Origin: Barthelona sp. PCE | Taxonomy: Eukaryota | Assembly: GCA_040285745.1 (NCBI GenBank) | Contig: JAUFOR010000006.1 | Coordinates: 310,001-374,000 of the forward strand | Length of the DNA stretch: 64,000 nucleotides | Reading direction: 5' to 3' | Part shown: piece after piece, positions 61,543 to 64,000 of the stretch | Layout of the letters: the number at the start of each line of letters is the position of its first letter | Numbering within the stretch: position 1 is the stretch's first letter | Notes under the pieces: model-generated | What the model saw: only the letters and a program-made list of their open reading frames with translations | The model's database searches: none | What the model was told of the DNA's origin: nothing | Translations under genes and position numbers: made by a program

Positions 61543-62517
61543 CTAGCCAACGATCTCGTTGTAAGATCTATAGATTGTGCCGAAATTTGCTGTCCCTAAA
61601 GCAAACGTGCTTGTTGGTGAATTGAACCCTATGGAGAGCAGAGGTGTACTAGTATCATGACGTGACACAGCTCCGGTCTCTGTGTTCCAATGCACAACAG
61701 TCCCTGTGTTATACGCTGCAACGACGCTGTGGCCATCAACAACACAGAGACCGTTGACACGACCATGGAGAGGCGCAATGTGATCGACAGCTTTGTCCTG
61801 TTCAATGTCAAAGAGTACCAGCTCACCACCACTTCCACTGGATCCGTTGTAACCGGCTACAAACAGACTGGAGTTAATAACAGCCAGTCTGTTGGGGTAA
61901 TGCATGCCGAAGGAAAACTCTCGCTCTTGGTTGAACGGTGTCCACATGATGATGCGCTTGTCCTCTCCTGATGTGAGCACTTGGTCCCTATCATATGATA
62001 GTACCTTCATGTCGGTGACTACATGCCTATTAACACTGTGCTGCATGACAACCTCGTGTCCTTCGGTTTTCTCGTATAGTATAACATAACCATCCCTGCC
62101 TCCAGTCCACAGCATCTCCTTGGTGCAACCCACTCCCATTATGGGGAAATTGTGTTGCCCTTCGAGAATTTCATATTCTTTCAGGTTACTGGAGAGTAAA
62201 TACGCTCTTTTTCTCCTACCACCAACTATATATTCTTGTTGCATATCAATTAATTGTGCAGAACACATAATCTCCTCTTTGTCCAGCGATATTTCTACAT
62301 CATTCTCATCAGACTGAATCTGGACGAGATGAACAATGTTTGAGGTCGAATAAAGAAATCTATCCCCGTTTGCACATAAAATACTCCATACTGGAGGCTT
62401 AAAAACTTCTTCTGCTTTTTCAGTATATTCATCATCAAAATCCTCAACTGACATGCGAAAATCGTGCTCATTCAGTCTCGGAACGCAGCATCTGCAGAAA
62501 CTTCTGCAAAAACTCAT
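61543..62517 (-). CDS. WDR31: WD40 protein, WDR31-like
   Basis: TGGRDG...SVNRHVVT...SGEDKRIIMW...NGSSGSGGELVLFD parallels WDR31; Cys-rich N-terminus. Confidence 0.7.
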   Translation of the reverse strand: MSFCRSFCRCCVPRLNEHDFRMSVEDFDDEYTEKAEEVFKPPVWSILCANGDRFLYSTSNIVHLVQIQSDENDVEISLDKEEIMCSAQLIDMQQEYIVGGRRKRAYLLSSNLKEYEILEGQHNFPIMGVGCTKEMLWTGGRDGYVILYEKTEGHEVVMQHSVNRHVVTDMKVLSYDRDQVLTSGEDKRIIMWTPFNQEREFSFGMHYPNRLAVINSSLFVAGYNGSSGSGGELVLFDIEQDKAVDHIAPLHGRVNGLCVVDGHSVVAAYNTGTVVHWNTETGAVSRHDTSTPLLSIGFNSPTSTFALGTANFGTIYRSYNEIVG

Positions 62518-62585
62518 TGTGTAAAGGGATAATTGACTGTTTGCATTTATATTACTCTTTACTGGGTGACTTACTCTTTAACCAC

Positions 62586-63722
62586 ATGCATTTCACCGGG
62601 CAACATATTTATTCCAATAAGCTTTTCACATCAAAGCATTCTGAGTACTCACTCACTGTTAAGCAACTCTTTACACTTACAGATGAAAAAGATGAAACTG
62701 TGGAACAACCCTTGGGCATGTACCTAACTACGTTCTGTTATGAGCCTGCAGTGATCCAGGAAATCAGAAAGCATGTGGATAATGATCGACCTATTCACAT
62801 TTTCTCAGATTTTCCAGGAATCCCTCCTTCTGGTGTTGCCATTGATGAAAATCTGCGTGTTGCATTGGTTGGGTGCAGTGCCTTAGGGCAAAAAATATTC
62901 CATGCTAAACTTTTCCTGATCAAATTTAATAATTTCCTCCGAATATGTATTTCAACTGGCAATCTTGATTCTGTGTGTATGTTTCACCTCATTAATAACT
63001 TTTGGGTTATTGATATCCCGAAACTCGAGGAAACACAACATGAACTTCCAAAAAACACATTCCTGCATGATTTACAAGGATTTCTCGCCACAATAGGTGT
63101 ACCATACGGTTTCTTAAGCAACTATGACCACCGGAGTATAGAGAATCTGGGTGCAAAGCTCATATGGTCGATTCCATTAAACGAGGGCTTGATTCCTGCC
63201 TTTGCAAAAGAAATTCACTCAGACATATTACAACGTCCGTTACAACGTTTTGGACGGCTTCAAGAAGGTGAACTATGGGCTCTCGCCTCAAGTATTGGAA
63301 ACCTTAGCAGCTCCTCTATGAAACAATACTGCAGTGCATTTGGAGTTGATAAGATTGTTGTTTTCTATCCAAGCACTCAATATATTACCAGAAATCGGTT
63401 GCAGAACTCGTCTCGCAACTTCTTCTATCCAGGCAAGCGGCCGGTTGAGTGCCTCAGCGAGTATAAACCGCTTGAGCACAAGAAATTATCACACTCTAAG
63501 CTAATGTACCGGATGGAAGAGGGTATTCTCACACATATGTACATTGGATCGCACAATCTCAGTTCTGCAGCCTGGGGCAAGTACACCACAAAATATTCGC
63601 CGAGAAACATCGAGTTAGGTGTATGGCTCTCTGCTGATTCCCTGCTAAATGCACCCCTTCACTTTGTTTTTGAGGAGAGTTCCCTTCCAATAGCCAGTGC
63701 ATTCGACCGTAACAAGATATAA
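62586..63722 (+). CDS. TDP1: Tyrosyl-DNA phosphodiesterase 1
   Basis: Two HKN motifs: HAKL...ISTGNL and SHSKL...YIGSHNLSSAAWG...NIELGV; first ATG at 62586. Confidence 0.9.
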   Translation: MHFTGQHIYSNKLFTSKHSEYSLTVKQLFTLTDEKDETVEQPLGMYLTTFCYEPAVIQEIRKHVDNDRPIHIFSDFPGIPPSGVAIDENLRVALVGCSALGQKIFHAKLFLIKFNNFLRICISTGNLDSVCMFHLINNFWVIDIPKLEETQHELPKNTFLHDLQGFLATIGVPYGFLSNYDHRSIENLGAKLIWSIPLNEGLIPAFAKEIHSDILQRPLQRFGRLQEGELWALASSIGNLSSSSMKQYCSAFGVDKIVVFYPSTQYITRNRLQNSSRNFFYPGKRPVECLSEYKPLEHKKLSHSKLMYRMEEGILTHMYIGSHNLSSAAWGKYTTKYSPRNIELGVWLSADSLLNAPLHFVFEESSLPIASAFDRNKI

Positions 63723-63739
63723 TTGATGATTTTTAAAAT

Positions 63740-64000
63740 TTACTCAAGATCAATATTGAAGCGGAACGACCACTCTGTGTCGATAGACCATTGAGGGAAG
63801 TTTGTAGCCCAAGCAGTGTTGAACATATTAGCGTGAAAACCTCCATTCTCAACATCAGGAATTCTATCTTCAAAATTGAGAAGGTGTGGCGACTCGGGAG
63901 CAACAAGCGCAGAATCAAGTGGGGTGATCTTCATTCCATCAAAACCAAAAGAGTCACAACCGTGCAAGAACTGTCCTGCACTCTTGACATTGTTGGAAGG
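63740..64000 (-). CDS. 3' end of a DUF5054-like (putative glycoside hydrolase-related) protein, 5'-truncated by the window edge
   Basis: LDSALVAP..PHLLNFEDRIPDVENGGFHANMFNTAWATNFPQW...FRF resembles the DUF5054 C-terminus as recalled; frame is open to the window edge. Confidence 0.7.
   Translation of the reverse strand, partial: PSNNVKSAGQFLHGCDSFGFDGMKITPLDSALVAPESPHLLNFEDRIPDVENGGFHANMFNTAWATNFPQWSIDTEWSFRFNIDLE

Noticed and set aside
1..64000. Alternative genetic code (stop-codon reassignment)
   Set aside because: Conserved genes are full length under the standard code, and TAA, TAG and TGA all terminate genes

Overview
Very gene-dense eukaryotic nuclear DNA in the standard genetic code (TAA, TAG and TGA all end genes), with about 32 protein-coding genes. 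Intergenic spacers are mostly tiny, and several convergent gene pairs abut or overlap. Only two spliceosomal introns are visible (proteasome alpha4 and Rpt1). Both have GTATG 5' ends, a fused branch-point/acceptor ACTAACAnnYAG and internal stem-loops, which points by inference to a flagellated metamonad-type protist. Conserved genes include EXO1, PSMA7, DDX55, WDR91, RFC5, an MBOAT, FAM227, ALG9, PSMC2, a TTLL, SND1, a DNAH6-type dynein, SPT4, WDR31 and TDP1. Between them lie lineage-specific families: four divergent ~600-aa beta-rich orphans (one apparently starting at ATT), two large beta-helix/Cys-rich/multi-TM surface proteins and two small 4-TM paralogues. Also present are two bacterial-looking genes (sodium:solute symporter, DUF5054-like), a CNB-domain class I phosphodiesterase, a possible stand-alone BRCA2 OB1-like protein and a candidate kissing-loop structured RNA at 3319-3418. 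No rRNA, tRNA, CRISPR array or transposon was recognised. All assignments come from motif recognition by eye; no database searches were run.
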